Numbered from the stretch's first letter, positions 9,877 through 20,699 are shown. The stretch: DNA of 64,000 bases from an uncultured delta proteobacterium (GCA_963783905.1 CAWAPG010000002.1:65032-129031), one strand, 5' to 3'. Made by a program: numbers and translations. The notes: generated from the sequence alone by a model not told the origin.

Positions 9877-10751
9877 TCCTGGTTCCTCTTGGCCTTTTCC
9901 CTGATCTTTCCATATTCCTTGATATAATCCGGTTTATCCACATCAGCCAGGATGCCGATGGTAAATTTGTCATCAATGGAATCCGGTGGCATGCTTGAAC
10001 CTTTAGCACCGGTTATGGCATGGTCGTGCAACCAGTTGAGCATGGTAACCGGATCAGCCATATTATTGCGGCGGCCGAACTGGACATGGCAGTTGGACAT
10101 AACCTCAACAACGCTGAAACCGTTTTTTCTGATTCCCTTCTCGATAAGTTTGTCAAGCTGGGCGGCATGATATACGGTTCCCCGGGCGACAAAGCTTGCG
10201 CCGGCCGCAACCGCCAGTTCGGCGATGGAAAAGGCATGTTCAATATTTGAAAACGAAGAAGTGGTGGATTGCGCCCCATAGGGAGTGGTCGGCGATGCCT
10301 GGCCGCCGGTCATACCATATATCTGGTTATTGATAATGATGGCGGTGAGGTTGATATTGCGCCTGGCCGCATGGATAAAGTGGTTGCCGCCTATGGCCGT
10401 GGCATCGCCGTCGCCCATGACCACAATGACATTGAGGGCGGGTTTTGCCAGCTTGATGCCCGTGGCAAAGGCCAGTGCCCTGCCGTGGGTGGTATGCAGG
10501 GTATTAAAATCGACATAGGTCGGCATGCGGCCGGAACAGCCAATCCCCGAGGCAAAAACTATATCATCCTTTTCCAGACTCAGACGCTCAATTGCCCGGA
10601 TCAGGGCCCCGAGAACAATGCCGTTGCCGCAGCCCGGGCACCAGACATGGGGAAACTTTTTGTGGTGGCGCAGATACTTATGGCGCAGTTCGGTCATTCC
10701 TGCAGGCATGGTATGTCTCCGGTTTCTTTGTGGCATATTTTTCCGTACCAT
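9873..10751 (-). CDS. 2-oxoacid:ferredoxin oxidoreductase, beta (TPP-binding) subunit
   Basis: CPGCGNG motif and TPP-binding GDGD...GGNH motif. Substrate (2-oxoglutarate versus another 2-oxoacid) cannot be decided from sequence. Confidence 0.9.
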   Translation of the reverse strand: MVRKNMPQRNRRHTMPAGMTELRHKYLRHHKKFPHVWCPGCGNGIVLGALIRAIERLSLEKDDIVFASGIGCSGRMPTYVDFNTLHTTHGRALAFATGIKLAKPALNVIVVMGDGDATAIGGNHFIHAARRNINLTAIIINNQIYGMTGGQASPTTPYGAQSTTSSFSNIEHAFSIAELAVAAGASFVARGTVYHAAQLDKLIEKGIRKNGFSVVEVMSNCHVQFGRRNNMADPVTMLNWLHDHAITGAKGSSMPPDSIDDKFTIGILADVDKPDYIKEYGKIREKAKRNQE

Positions 10752-10757
10752 ACGGTA

Positions 10758-11897
10758 TTAAATCTTCTGAATTTCATTGAAAATTTCAAGCGGGGTAATC
10801 ATCTGTCCGTCAATCCGGTTATATTTAACAACCTCGGTGAGACCGGTGTTGACCCGTTTAACCTCGCGGCTGATCTGTCCCATGTTCATTTCCGGGACCA
10901 GGACCGCCCGGCACTGCCGCATTATGTTTACCACCGTATTTTTGGGAAAGGGAAAGAGGGTAACCAGCTGGATAAGCCCGGCCTTGATGCCTTGGGAGCG
11001 TGCCATGGCCACAGCGCGGCGACCGGAACGGGCGACGGCGCCGTAAGCAATCACGACGATCTCCGCATCTTCAACGTGCAGTTTCTTGGTCAGTTGAATT
11101 TCAAAAAATCCATTGGTTATTTTTCTGAACTGCCGTTTCAAAAAGGCCTCAATTTCATCGGGTCTCTCCGTGGGAAAGCCCTGGGTATCATGGACCAGGC
11201 CGGTAACGTGATGCCGGTAGCCTTCTCCCAGCGATGCCATGGGGGGTACGCCGCGGCTGTTGTCTTCATAGGGTTTGTACCATTCAGGCGGGACGGTGGG
11301 AACAATCCGATCCACCACTTCAATGGATTCAGCGGGCGGGACGGTAAAGGTTTCGCGGGAATGGGCCACCACCTCGTCAGAGAGCACCACCACCGGCACC
11401 CGGTATTTTTCCGAGAGGTTGAACGCCTTGACAATAATGGAAAAACATTCACTCACCGATGATACCGAAAGGACGATAACCGGATGATCGCCATGGGTTC
11501 CCCAACGGGCCTGCAGCACATCTCCCTGGGCCGGGCTCGTCGGCAATCCGGTGCTGGGACCGCCGCGCATAACATTGACCACAACACAGGGCACTTCAGT
11601 TATACAGGCATAGCCCAGATTTTCCTGCATGAGGGAAAAGCCGGGACCGCTGGTGGCGGTCATGCTCTTGACCCCGGTCAGTGAAGCGCCGATAACGGCC
11701 CCCAGACTGGCAATCTCGTCCTCCATCTGGATAAAGGTGCCGTCTACCTGGGGCAGCCGGCAGGACATGCGTTCGCTTATCTCGGAAGCCGGGGTTATCG
11801 GATAGCCGGCAAAGAAACGGCAGCCTGCGGCAATGGCTCCTTCAGCCATGGCTTCATTGCCCTGCAGCAGAATTTTTTTGCCGTTCAATTCAGCCAT
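10758..11897 (-). CDS. 2-oxoacid:ferredoxin oxidoreductase, alpha subunit
   Basis: The start is taken at the internal ATG 11897 (MAELNGKKILLQGNEA), which overlaps the delta-subunit stop (ATGGCTGAATTGA). The sequence is KorA/PorA-like throughout. Confidence 0.9.
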   Translation of the reverse strand: MAELNGKKILLQGNEAMAEGAIAAGCRFFAGYPITPASEISERMSCRLPQVDGTFIQMEDEIASLGAVIGASLTGVKSMTATSGPGFSLMQENLGYACITEVPCVVVNVMRGGPSTGLPTSPAQGDVLQARWGTHGDHPVIVLSVSSVSECFSIIVKAFNLSEKYRVPVVVLSDEVVAHSRETFTVPPAESIEVVDRIVPTVPPEWYKPYEDNSRGVPPMASLGEGYRHHVTGLVHDTQGFPTERPDEIEAFLKRQFRKITNGFFEIQLTKKLHVEDAEIVVIAYGAVARSGRRAVAMARSQGIKAGLIQLVTLFPFPKNTVVNIMRQCRAVLVPEMNMGQISREVKRVNTGLTEVVKYNRIDGQMITPLEIFNEIQKI

Positions 11898-12252
11898 TTT
11901 CTTTCTTTCTCCGGTCAGGGTAACGTTCATGGATGGAGAGGGCAAAATCAGGACAGTGAAATTCACAGAATCTGCAGCCGGTACAGCGATCCGGCTCGAT
12001 TATTATCGGCCGGTTGTTTTCATCTTTGGCAAAAACGCCGGCAGGGCAGAAGGCAACGCAGATACCGCATGCCTTGCACCAGTCGGCAAAAATTTTCTGC
12101 ACAAAAAGCTTCTTGCCTTTTTTATCCAATTTTTTTTTGGTTTCCCAGTAATTGTCAGCAGATTTTTGGGGAGCGGCTGGTGGATTTTTTTTTGTTTTTC
12201 CTTGCGGCATTGGTAAACCTGTCAGCGGATTTCTTCTTGGCGGTGTTTTCAA
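11890..12252 (-). CDS. 2-oxoacid:ferredoxin oxidoreductase, delta subunit (2x[4Fe-4S] ferredoxin) with Lys-rich N-terminal extension
   Basis: Two ferredoxin motifs (CKACGICVAFCP and CTGCRFCEFHCP). First gene of the OFOR operon. Confidence 0.8.
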   Translation of the reverse strand: MKTPPRRNPLTGLPMPQGKTKKNPPAAPQKSADNYWETKKKLDKKGKKLFVQKIFADWCKACGICVAFCPAGVFAKDENNRPIIIEPDRCTGCRFCEFHCPDFALSIHERYPDRRKKENG

Positions 12253-12416
12253 TCGGTATACTAAATCTTATCGGAATCATTGGATTTTGTCGATGGTTTT
12301 CCGGAAAATAATCGAATTGCACGGCTACGGGGCAATTTTTTAAGTTTCCCATTTTACCGCAGTATGGTAAACGGCACAGTAGAAATACGGATGGCCGTTA
12401 TCGGTAAGTAGCTGAT

Positions 12417-14168
12417 ATGGAGGAAAATTTGATGCCGGCAAAAAATTATAGATTCATCTATGACGAATATGGCAACACCATGGAAATCAAAGTCCGGGCC
12501 CGCGGGATCGGGGTGCACGGCAACAATTATGTCAACAAGGGTACAGCCTTTTCCGAGGAAGAAAGGCGCGAACTCGGTATAGACGGCAGCCTGCCGCCGG
12601 CGGTGAGACCGTTTGAACAGCAGGTTAAAAACAGCCTGGCAAAGGTCCTTAAAAAAGAAGATGACATTGAGCGCTATATTTATATGCGTTCCCTTTTTGA
12701 CAGGAATGTCACCCTGGCTCATGCAGTTATTGCCACCGATATTGCCCGGTTCATGGAAATAATCTATACCCCGACCGTGGGTCTTGCCTGCCAGCAGTAT
12801 TCCTCCATGTTCCGCTCCGCCAACGGGGTCCATATCTATCCGGGAAATATTGATAATACGGAGGAAATTCTGCATCGTTACGGGCATCGTGATATCCGCG
12901 TTGCCGTGGTGACAGACAACCAGGGGATTCTCGGGATCGGCGACCAGGGCGCCGGGGGCATAGCGATTTGTCTTGGCAAGCTGATGCTGTATACCCAGGG
13001 AGCCGGCATTGCACCCTGGCACTGCCTGCCGATATCCCTTGACGTCGGCACCAACAACGAGGACCTGCTGAAGAACGAAGAATATCTCGGCTGGCGGCAT
13101 CGCAGGCTGACAGGAGCCGAGTATGTAAAGTTCATGCAGCAGTTTGCCAAGGCATTTAAGGCGGTTTTTCCCCATGCCCTATGCCAGTGGGAGGATTTTT
13201 CGAAACAGAATGCCTTTGCGGTGAGGGATGCCTATCTGCATGACCTCATTTCATTTAATGACGACATCCAGGGAACCGGTGCCGTAACCCTGGCCGCCGT
13301 TTTTGCCGCCATGAAAGTCAAAAAAGAGAAGATCACGGATCAGGTTTATCTTGTTCATGGTGCCGGGGCCGGGGGTATCGGCATTGCTGAACAGATTGAA
13401 GCAGCATTGGTTGAGCACGGTCTCCGTGAAAATGAGGCCCGCAGAAGAATATTCACCCTTGACAGTCGCGGAGTTGTTACTACGGATAGAATGGTCGAAC
13501 CATATAAGGCCAAATATGCCAAGAATCCGGTTGAGATGAGCTGGCTGCAGGAATCGGGAGAAAATAACCTGCTGACCGCGGTAAAACGGGCCGGAGTCAC
13601 CGTCTTAATAGGAACTTCCGGTCAGACCGGCTGCTTTAGTCGGGAGGTGGTTGAGGCCATGACCGCGAACTGTGAACGGCCGGTCATCATGCCCCTTTCC
13701 AATCCCACGGAAAAGGCAGAAGCCGTGCCGGCGGATATTTACAAGTGGACCTCCGGCAAGGCCCTGGTTGCAACAGGCAGCCCCTTCCCGGCGGTGGAGC
13801 AGAACGGCAGGAAAATCAGGATCGGCCAATGCAACAATGTCTTCATCTTCCCGGGTGTGGGACTCGGCACCCTTGCCTCCGGAGCCAAGGAGGTGCTGCC
13901 TTCATTTTTTACCGCCGGAGCCAAGGCGGTTGCCGAACTGGTTCTCCGGGAGGACCTGGATGCCGGCATACTGATGCCGCGCGTCGAAAGGCTGAAGGAA
14001 GTAAGCAACAGTGTTGCCCTGGCCGTCGGGCTGGCCGCCATACGGGGTGGTGTAAACGGTCCCTGCGCCTTCAGCAAATATAAACACAAGGGTGATCCGA
14101 AACGGCTGAAAACACTGATAAAAAAAATGCGCTGGGAGCCCGGATATCTGCCGCTGATTCCCGCATAG
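12417..14168 (+). CDS. NAD(P)-dependent malic enzyme (oxaloacetate-decarboxylating)
   Basis: Full-length large malic enzyme pattern with ILGIGDQGAGGIAICLGKL and the dinucleotide motif GAGAGGIGIA. An alternative start lies at 12432. Confidence 0.9.
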   Translation: MEENLMPAKNYRFIYDEYGNTMEIKVRARGIGVHGNNYVNKGTAFSEEERRELGIDGSLPPAVRPFEQQVKNSLAKVLKKEDDIERYIYMRSLFDRNVTLAHAVIATDIARFMEIIYTPTVGLACQQYSSMFRSANGVHIYPGNIDNTEEILHRYGHRDIRVAVVTDNQGILGIGDQGAGGIAICLGKLMLYTQGAGIAPWHCLPISLDVGTNNEDLLKNEEYLGWRHRRLTGAEYVKFMQQFAKAFKAVFPHALCQWEDFSKQNAFAVRDAYLHDLISFNDDIQGTGAVTLAAVFAAMKVKKEKITDQVYLVHGAGAGGIGIAEQIEAALVEHGLRENEARRRIFTLDSRGVVTTDRMVEPYKAKYAKNPVEMSWLQESGENNLLTAVKRAGVTVLIGTSGQTGCFSREVVEAMTANCERPVIMPLSNPTEKAEAVPADIYKWTSGKALVATGSPFPAVEQNGRKIRIGQCNNVFIFPGVGLGTLASGAKEVLPSFFTAGAKAVAELVLREDLDAGILMPRVERLKEVSNSVALAVGLAAIRGGVNGPCAFSKYKHKGDPKRLKTLIKKMRWEPGYLPLIPA

Positions 14169-14225
14169 CTTTTTTTAAAGGACCGGTTGTTGGTCCGGAT
14201 ATAACCGCGGCCTGAAAAATCAGAG

Positions 14226-16694
14226 ATGAAACTCCGTTTAATTTTACTCATACTTTCACTCATGGCATTTGTTTTTGCCTCCACCGGCGGCTATTTTTAT
14301 TACACTTCCTTTAAGGAAGCTGCTTTCCGGGAGGCTGAAAGTGAGACACTCATCCGTCTGGAGCGGATCAACAAAAACCTTTCCACCCTGCTGTCCGAAT
14401 ATAATAAGCCGGTGCGTATTCTTGCCGGCATGCCGGAACTGCAGGAGTTGTTGAGTCATAGAAGTCCTGCAACATTACGGGCCGTCAACCGTACCCTCGA
14501 TCATTTTGCCGGCACGCTGCAGGCAGACGTGTGTTACCTCATGGATAACAAGGGCAACACAATTGCATCCAGCAACCGCAATGATCCTGACAGTTTTGTG
14601 GGGCAGAATTTTTCCTTTCGGCCCTACTTTCAGATGGCGATCAGAGGCCAGGCGGCAAGCTATCTGGCCCTGGGCACAACTTCCGGTAAAAGAGGGGTAT
14701 ATTTCAGTTACCCTATTTACGGCTACGGCAAAGAATTCTCGGACGGTATCGTCGTTATTAAAGGTTCCATTGAGATGATCGAACGGGAAATGGGTTTCAA
14801 CGGGGATGAAATTGTCATGGTTACCGATCCGAACGGTGTAATTTTCATCTCTAACCGGCCGGATTGGCTGTACCATACAGCCTGGAAGATTTCCGAGGAT
14901 AAGGCCGCAGAAATAGAAGCATCACTCCAGTTCGGCACAGGGCCTTGGGAATGGGTGGGACTGGAGGTTAGCGAGCAGGAGCATGTAGTGGACAGGAGGG
15001 GGAAGAAATTCCTGCTCCATCAGATCGAAATGGACAATTATCCGGGCTGGAAGGTCAATCATCTTCTCGATATGAAAAAGATCACCCAGAAGGCCTTCAA
15101 GCCGCTGGTGGTTTTTGTTCGTCCCATTGTTCTGGTTTTTTTCGTCGTCATGTGCCTCTCCGTGTTCATGCTCTATCGGCAGGCAAGTCTTGAGATAAAA
15201 CAGCGCCGGGCCGCAGAGGAGGCATTGCGGGAGAGTGATGCCCGGTATCGGTCCCTGTATCACAACACGCCGGCCATGCTCCATTCAATTAACCGTAATG
15301 GAGAAATTGTCAGTGTCAGTAATTACTGGAGCGAAATGCTCGGATACGAAAAAGAGGAGGTTATCGGCCGGAAACTGACGGATTTCTTTACGGAGGAATC
15401 GAAGATCCATGCGGAGAAAATCGTTTTTCCGGAATTTTTCCAGAAGGGCTTTTGCATGTATGTTCCCTATCAGATCATTAAAAAGAATGGCCAGGTGATT
15501 GACATTCTTCTCTCTGCTATCGGTGAGCGTGATGAAAAAGGAGAAATTCTCAGAACCCTTGCCGTCTCCATTGATGTCACTGACAGAAACAGGGCCGTAG
15601 AGGCGCTCAGGATTGCCAAGGAGGAGCTTTCAAGCTACTCCAAGGATCTGGAAAGGCAGGTCAGCATCCGGGCCCGGGAGATTACTAATATCTTAAAGTA
15701 TACCCCTGATGTGGTGTATGTCAAAGACCGGGAGGGCAGATATGTACTGGTCAACTCCCGGTTTGAGGAATTGTTCGGGGTAAGCAGTGAAGAGATCCGC
15801 GGTAAAACCGATTATGAGATAGTATCGAAAGAGGCGGCCGATGAATTTCGAAAAAATGATCTCCAGGTACTGCGGGATGGAAAATACATGCAGGTTGAGG
15901 AGCGTGTGGTTCATAACGGTGCAGCCCATACTTACCTGTCCGTCAAGTTCCCGGTGTATGACGAAACAGGGGCGGTCAACGGGGTGTGCGGCATATCCAC
16001 CAATATTACCGCGGTAAAAAGGGCCCAGGACCAGCTGCGGCGTCTTTCCGGCCGGATAATGGCCAGCCAGGAAAAGGAGCGCACAGCCATTGCGCGGGAA
16101 CTGCACGATGAACTGGGCCAAGTGCTCACCGCTCTGCGCATGGATGCGGTCTGGATGCAGGAGCGCTTAAGGAAAAGCGATGCTAAAATTGCTGAACGGG
16201 CTGGGACAATGTGCGAGTTGATTGATAAAACCATCAAAGATGTCCGTTCCATAGCTATTCGGCTGCGCCCGGGAGTTCTGGATGACCTTGGTCTGGTTGA
16301 CGCCCTGGATTGGCTGACGAGTGATTTTGAAAATCGCAGCGGCATCACCTGTATTTTTGAGCATGCCGATGTGCCGGAATTGAATGAAACCTTGTCTACG
16401 GCAGCGTACAGGATCTGCCAGGAAGCCATGACCAATGTGGCCCGCTATGCCAAAGCAAGCCGGGTGTCCGTTGTCTTGAAAGCGGATAAAAATATCTTAA
16501 GTCTTTCCGTTCGGGATGATGGCCGGGGGTTTGACACCTCCGGACTGGGAGAGTCTGAAGGGGTCGGTATTGCGGGCATGCGGGAGCGGGCAACCCTTGC
16601 CGGCGGCCGCCTGGAAGTAATCTCTGAAAAGGGCAAGGGGTGTCATGTCCTCTTCAAGGTACCGGTCGGACGGGATACAAAGGAGGCGGGATGA
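14226..16694 (+). CDS. sensor histidine kinase (extracytoplasmic Cache-like domain, two PAS domains, HisKA_3 + HATPase)
   Basis: Two TM segments bracket a roughly 270-aa periplasmic domain. PAS-like segments, the H-box HDELGQVLTAL, and the N and G boxes (DDGRGF, GIAGMRER) are present. Confidence 0.9.
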   Translation: MKLRLILLILSLMAFVFASTGGYFYYTSFKEAAFREAESETLIRLERINKNLSTLLSEYNKPVRILAGMPELQELLSHRSPATLRAVNRTLDHFAGTLQADVCYLMDNKGNTIASSNRNDPDSFVGQNFSFRPYFQMAIRGQAASYLALGTTSGKRGVYFSYPIYGYGKEFSDGIVVIKGSIEMIEREMGFNGDEIVMVTDPNGVIFISNRPDWLYHTAWKISEDKAAEIEASLQFGTGPWEWVGLEVSEQEHVVDRRGKKFLLHQIEMDNYPGWKVNHLLDMKKITQKAFKPLVVFVRPIVLVFFVVMCLSVFMLYRQASLEIKQRRAAEEALRESDARYRSLYHNTPAMLHSINRNGEIVSVSNYWSEMLGYEKEEVIGRKLTDFFTEESKIHAEKIVFPEFFQKGFCMYVPYQIIKKNGQVIDILLSAIGERDEKGEILRTLAVSIDVTDRNRAVEALRIAKEELSSYSKDLERQVSIRAREITNILKYTPDVVYVKDREGRYVLVNSRFEELFGVSSEEIRGKTDYEIVSKEAADEFRKNDLQVLRDGKYMQVEERVVHNGAAHTYLSVKFPVYDETGAVNGVCGISTNITAVKRAQDQLRRLSGRIMASQEKERTAIARELHDELGQVLTALRMDAVWMQERLRKSDAKIAERAGTMCELIDKTIKDVRSIAIRLRPGVLDDLGLVDALDWLTSDFENRSGITCIFEHADVPELNETLSTAAYRICQEAMTNVARYAKASRVSVVLKADKNILSLSVRDDGRGFDTSGLGESEGVGIAGMRERATLAGGRLEVISEKGKGCHVLFKVPVGRDTKEAG

Positions 16695-17329
16695 TAAAGG
16701 TACTGCTGGCGGATGACCACTCTATTGTGCGGGCCGGTTTGCGCCGCATCATAGAGGAAAGCAATGAAATGGAGGTGGTGGCTGAGGCGGATGATGGCAG
16801 AACCGCAATCCAGCTGGCCCGGGAAAAAAATCCTGATGTGGCGGTCATTGATATCTCCATGCCCGGGCTGGACGGGCTTGAAGTGATCAGTCAGCTTAAA
16901 ATTTATCTTCCGCGGCTGCCCATTATCATGCTGACCATGCACGAAGAGGAACAGTATGTGGTCCGGGCCATCGAGGCAGGGGCCATGGGATACGTCACCA
17001 AGCAGTCCGCCCCGGAGCATATCGTCAAGGCCGTCCATCAGGTAATGGCGGGTGCCAGGTACCTGACCGCAGAAGCAACTGAGGCCCTGGCCTTGAAGGT
17101 TGCCAGAGGAAAGGGGGGAAAGTCGTCACTGGATTCGCTTTCCAACCGAGAACTGCAGGTGCTGCGGCGGTTGGCAATGGGTCATACCAATCATGAGATT
17201 GCTGAAGCCTACGGGATCAGCATCAAGACCGTGGATACCTATCGGCTGAGGCTGCTAAAGAAATTGAATCTGCGCAACAATGCCGAGCTTTCCCGTTTCG
17301 CCATCCAGAATAAAATTATCGAAACATAA
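16691..17329 (+). CDS. NarL/FixJ-family response regulator
   Basis: ATG at 16691 with SD AGGAGG, overlapping the kinase stop by 4 nt. REC domain (VLLADDH...DISMPGLDG) plus LuxR-type HTH (LSNRELQVLRRLAMGHTNHEIA). Confidence 0.9.
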   Translation: MIKVLLADDHSIVRAGLRRIIEESNEMEVVAEADDGRTAIQLAREKNPDVAVIDISMPGLDGLEVISQLKIYLPRLPIIMLTMHEEEQYVVRAIEAGAMGYVTKQSAPEHIVKAVHQVMAGARYLTAEATEALALKVARGKGGKSSLDSLSNRELQVLRRLAMGHTNHEIAEAYGISIKTVDTYRLRLLKKLNLRNNAELSRFAIQNKIIET

Positions 17330-17433
17330 TGAGGCGGAAGATTTATTCTTCGGCGTTATCTCGATTCAGGAAAAACAGAAAACCCGTACTGCAGGAAAAG
17401 AAACATTTCCATGGGAGGAGATCCGGTCCAGGA

Positions 17434-19200
17434 TTAAAAAGGCCAGAAGGTCGGGATGAAAACAGCCGCCATGGCCAGAACGAAAAGATTGAGAGGAATT
17501 CCGAGCCACAGGTAGTCACGGAAACGATAGCCGCCAGGGCTGTAAACCATGAGGTTGGTCTGATAACCGATTGGGGATGCATAACAGGCACTGGCACCGA
17601 AACAGACGCCGACAATGAAGGGTTTAGGATCGACTCCCAAGGCGGTGGCGGTTGAAATAGCGATGGGCAGCATCAATACCGCAGTGGCATTGTTGCTCAG
17701 GATATGGGTGCCGACGCTCGTCATGAGAAGCAGCCCGGCAAGTACATACTTGGGTCCGAGGCCCAGGAAGAGGGACAGAAATGTATCGGCATAGATCTTC
17801 GCCGTACCGGTCTTTTCCATGGCGGTGCCGAGAGCGAGGGTGCCGATGATGAGGATTAAGACGTTGCCCTGCAGCGCCCGGTAAGCCTCGCGCAGCTGGA
17901 GACAACCGGTCAGCAGCATGAGGAAGACAGCCGCCACCGCACATTCCATGATATCTGCCATGCCGGTGCTGGCCGCCGTTATCAGGCCCAGAAAAATAAG
18001 AATAGCCCGCCAGGCTCTGTTCTTATAGATGATCTGGTCTTGAATATCCTCGACAATGATCGTATCAACCTCCCTGCGGATATGGGCCAGTTTTTCTTCC
18101 GGGCATTGGATCAGTATGATGTCTCCGGTTTTTAATACCAGATGTTCCAGCCTTTTAGCGCTATAGTGCAGCCCATGGCGCTTCACCGCCAGAATTGCAA
18201 TATCCGGATCCCCCCGGAGATCGGAACCGGCAAGAGTATCTCCACGCAGGGAAGAGTCGGGAGATACGATCAGCTCGACAATGACCGTATTATGTTGTTC
18301 CATAGCTGTTTCCGCCAGCTGGGGAAGTGCTGCTGCCCCGCTGTTGAGCACGGCGACTAGGTCGGTTGCCGGACCTTTCACAAAGAGAATATCGTCTGCT
18401 GTAAGCTGCAGCTGCTGCTGATCCGGATAAAAAATACGGGAGCCCCGGATAACCTCTAAAAGTTCCATATTGGGATAGATATCGTCAAAGACCTCTTTTG
18501 CGGTCTTGCCGATCAACGGACTTTCCTCGACCACCCGCAGTTCTGCCAGGTATTTTCTGTTCTCCCGGTCCTGTCGTTCACAGGTCGGCGCCGTATGTCC
18601 CGGTAAAATCCGACGGGCCGCCAGGGAAAGGAACAGGATTCCTCCCAGGGCGATGGGAACACCGAGAGGCGTGAGTTCGAAAAGCCCCAGCTGACCATAA
18701 CCGTAGGAAGCGCTTAAATCACTGACGATGATGTTGGTGGAAGTTCCGATGAGCGTTGAGGTTCCGGCCAGAATGGAGGCATAGGATATTGGAATGAGAT
18801 ATTTGGATGGACTGAATCCGTACTCGCAGCTCAGGCTGAAGATGATCGGGATAAATAGGACGACGACCGGGGTATTGTTGATAAAAGCGGATGCACATGC
18901 GACGATCAAAACAATCAGGAACAGAGCGCGCTTGGCATTGCCGCGGCTGTATTCAATGACTTTACGGCCCACATGGCCTACAACTCCAGTGCGCACCAGC
19001 CCCCGGCCGACAATGTACATCGCGCCTACGGTGATGACCGCCGGATTGGCAAATCCTGATACGGCCTCCAGGGGGGTCAGAATGCCGGAGACCATCAAGA
19101 CAACCATAATCCCTATGGCGGTTAAATCCACCGGGATTTTTTCTGTGACCAGCAAAATCAGGGTCGTTAGAATAAGGATAGAAACCAGCCAGATTTCCAT
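17434..19200 (-). CDS. SLC13/DASS-type anion permease with two central TrkA-C domains
   Basis: Multiple TM helices on both sides of a soluble duplicated TrkA-C-like region. The architecture is typical of the CitT/YbiR-like family. Confidence 0.85.
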   Translation of the reverse strand: MEIWLVSILILTTLILLVTEKIPVDLTAIGIMVVLMVSGILTPLEAVSGFANPAVITVGAMYIVGRGLVRTGVVGHVGRKVIEYSRGNAKRALFLIVLIVACASAFINNTPVVVLFIPIIFSLSCEYGFSPSKYLIPISYASILAGTSTLIGTSTNIIVSDLSASYGYGQLGLFELTPLGVPIALGGILFLSLAARRILPGHTAPTCERQDRENRKYLAELRVVEESPLIGKTAKEVFDDIYPNMELLEVIRGSRIFYPDQQQLQLTADDILFVKGPATDLVAVLNSGAAALPQLAETAMEQHNTVIVELIVSPDSSLRGDTLAGSDLRGDPDIAILAVKRHGLHYSAKRLEHLVLKTGDIILIQCPEEKLAHIRREVDTIIVEDIQDQIIYKNRAWRAILIFLGLITAASTGMADIMECAVAAVFLMLLTGCLQLREAYRALQGNVLILIIGTLALGTAMEKTGTAKIYADTFLSLFLGLGPKYVLAGLLLMTSVGTHILSNNATAVLMLPIAISTATALGVDPKPFIVGVCFGASACYASPIGYQTNLMVYSPGGYRFRDYLWLGIPLNLFVLAMAAVFIPTFWPF

Positions 19201-20037
19201 GGAACTGTTCCTCTAAGACTCCTCGAGTTTCCGGGTTTGGGCCTAATCCATCAATACGGGGGAAGAGGCATGGCGCGACTTTCCCCTACCTTCAGGGACG
19301 AATCTCTCTTTTCCCACCTGTTCAAAAAAATGGCTGTTTTTCAGCATATGAGACTGCTGATGTTAAGCGGATAGATTTATGGCGCAAAGTTTTTTCTCAG
19401 TTTGGAGTTTACAGTGCCCTCAATGTTGATTCGGGTGGTCATTGTTCCCGGCCGCGACCGGGATGTATCGTATGAGCCGCTATATGTGGGCCGCTGGGTC
19501 GTGGGTGGGATGTAAAAGGGGTCCTGGCCCGGGGAAAAACGTTCATAAGCCGGTCTGAAAAAACCGCATGCATTGATAATAATGATCCGGTTCCAGAAAC
19601 AGGGCATGGGTAACTTTTTGTAGATTGATGGAGCTATTTTCAGTAACAGCGGAAATGATCGGTAAAATCAATTGTTTTCTATACCCGCTTGGATCGCAAA
19701 GCTGAAGACCATGCTGTACCGTCCGATTTCTGCCGGGTATTTTTTTCTATAATGCGGCTCAGGATGGACTGTCAACTAAAATGATGATATTGCGGGGGAC
19801 AACCGCTGGTCAAAACCATACAAGAACCATTTGCCTTATATTTTGAGATGATTTCAAAAAAATATCTTTATTAACCCCTCAATTATGCTATAAATGTTGA
19901 CTGGGGAACTGCCGAAGTCACCTTTTGCACCGGCAGGGCCTGTCCTATCAGCAAAAAGGAGCAGGTTCGGGCGGGTATCAATTAAAGGTTTTTTTTCTTA
20001 ATCTGTCTGTAATGGAGCGAAATTATATCATAATTGA

Positions 20038-20400
20038 ATGCGAGAATGGGTCATGGAAATTAGCAAAAAGGAAACGGCGTTAATTGAAGAATGGATTGAA
20101 CTGCACCGGGAGATAAAAAAACTGGAAGATGAGCTGAACACGCTTTCCGTGAAGCTGAAGAAGATCAACAATAAACTTTATGCCCAAAACTCCAAGGAGG
20201 AACTGGAAGAGTTTCGGGATAATCTCGCCGGTGAGATAAAAAAACTTGATAAGAAGGCCGACAAGGATAAAATCAAGCAGTTGTCCAACTTAAAATCCAT
20301 TGTTGAGCATGATATCAACATTGATAAACTTGTTGAACAGGATATCGATATCGTGGAAAAAGGCATTGATATTGACTTGAAGGATTATAAAAAGTCTTAA
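20038..20400 (+). CDS. hypothetical coiled-coil protein (AT-rich gene)
   Basis: ORF only. It is Lys/Glu-rich with heptad character and a DI(N/D)ID repeat tail, and has no recognisable family. Alternative start at 20053. Confidence 0.4.
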   Translation: MREWVMEISKKETALIEEWIELHREIKKLEDELNTLSVKLKKINNKLYAQNSKEELEEFRDNLAGEIKKLDKKADKDKIKQLSNLKSIVEHDINIDKLVEQDIDIVEKGIDIDLKDYKKS

Positions 20401-20699
20401 ATGATCATAAGAGGTCGAAGAGCAGACAATAATTGAGTTGCTTCCCTGTCCGGGACTGGTTTTTTTATTTAGTGTAAGAAAATTTCCGACATGAAAATCA
20501 GAAGTCTCCGGATTGATTTTCCTGGTATTGCCTGGCAATAATACCAATAATAAGTTTAAAAGGGAAAGATTGGCTTAAGTGGTCCATTTGCTTTGCGGCC
20601 ATGTTCAACAGCTGTCAGGGAAAGTGTTTTGGCAGTGCCTGCAAAGATCGGGTACTGGGGCACTTTCATTTTTTAAATTTCAGAATGGAGGGTTTGATA

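Noticed and set aside
10269-11462. 397-aa + strand ORF across the OFOR beta/alpha genes
   Set aside because: It lies antisense to two well-supported OFOR subunit genes. It has no motifs and its composition is typical of an antisense frame of GC-rich coding DNA.
12354-13175. 273-aa minus-strand ORF overlapping the malic enzyme gene
   Set aside because: It is a shadow of the malic enzyme frame, with no start context and no recognisable domain.
19377-19607. 76-aa minus-strand ORF in the large intergenic gap
   Set aside because: The sequence is low-complexity Pro/Thr/Ser/Arg-rich, with no SD and no motif. I kept the region only as an unexplained non-coding gap.
20656-20675. Sigma54-like GGGCAC-N5-TTTT sequence upstream of dctP, and TGGCAG...TGCA at about 20631
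   Set aside because: The -12 GC element is absent or wrongly spaced relative to the GG dinucleotide, so neither fits TGGCAC-N5-TTGC.
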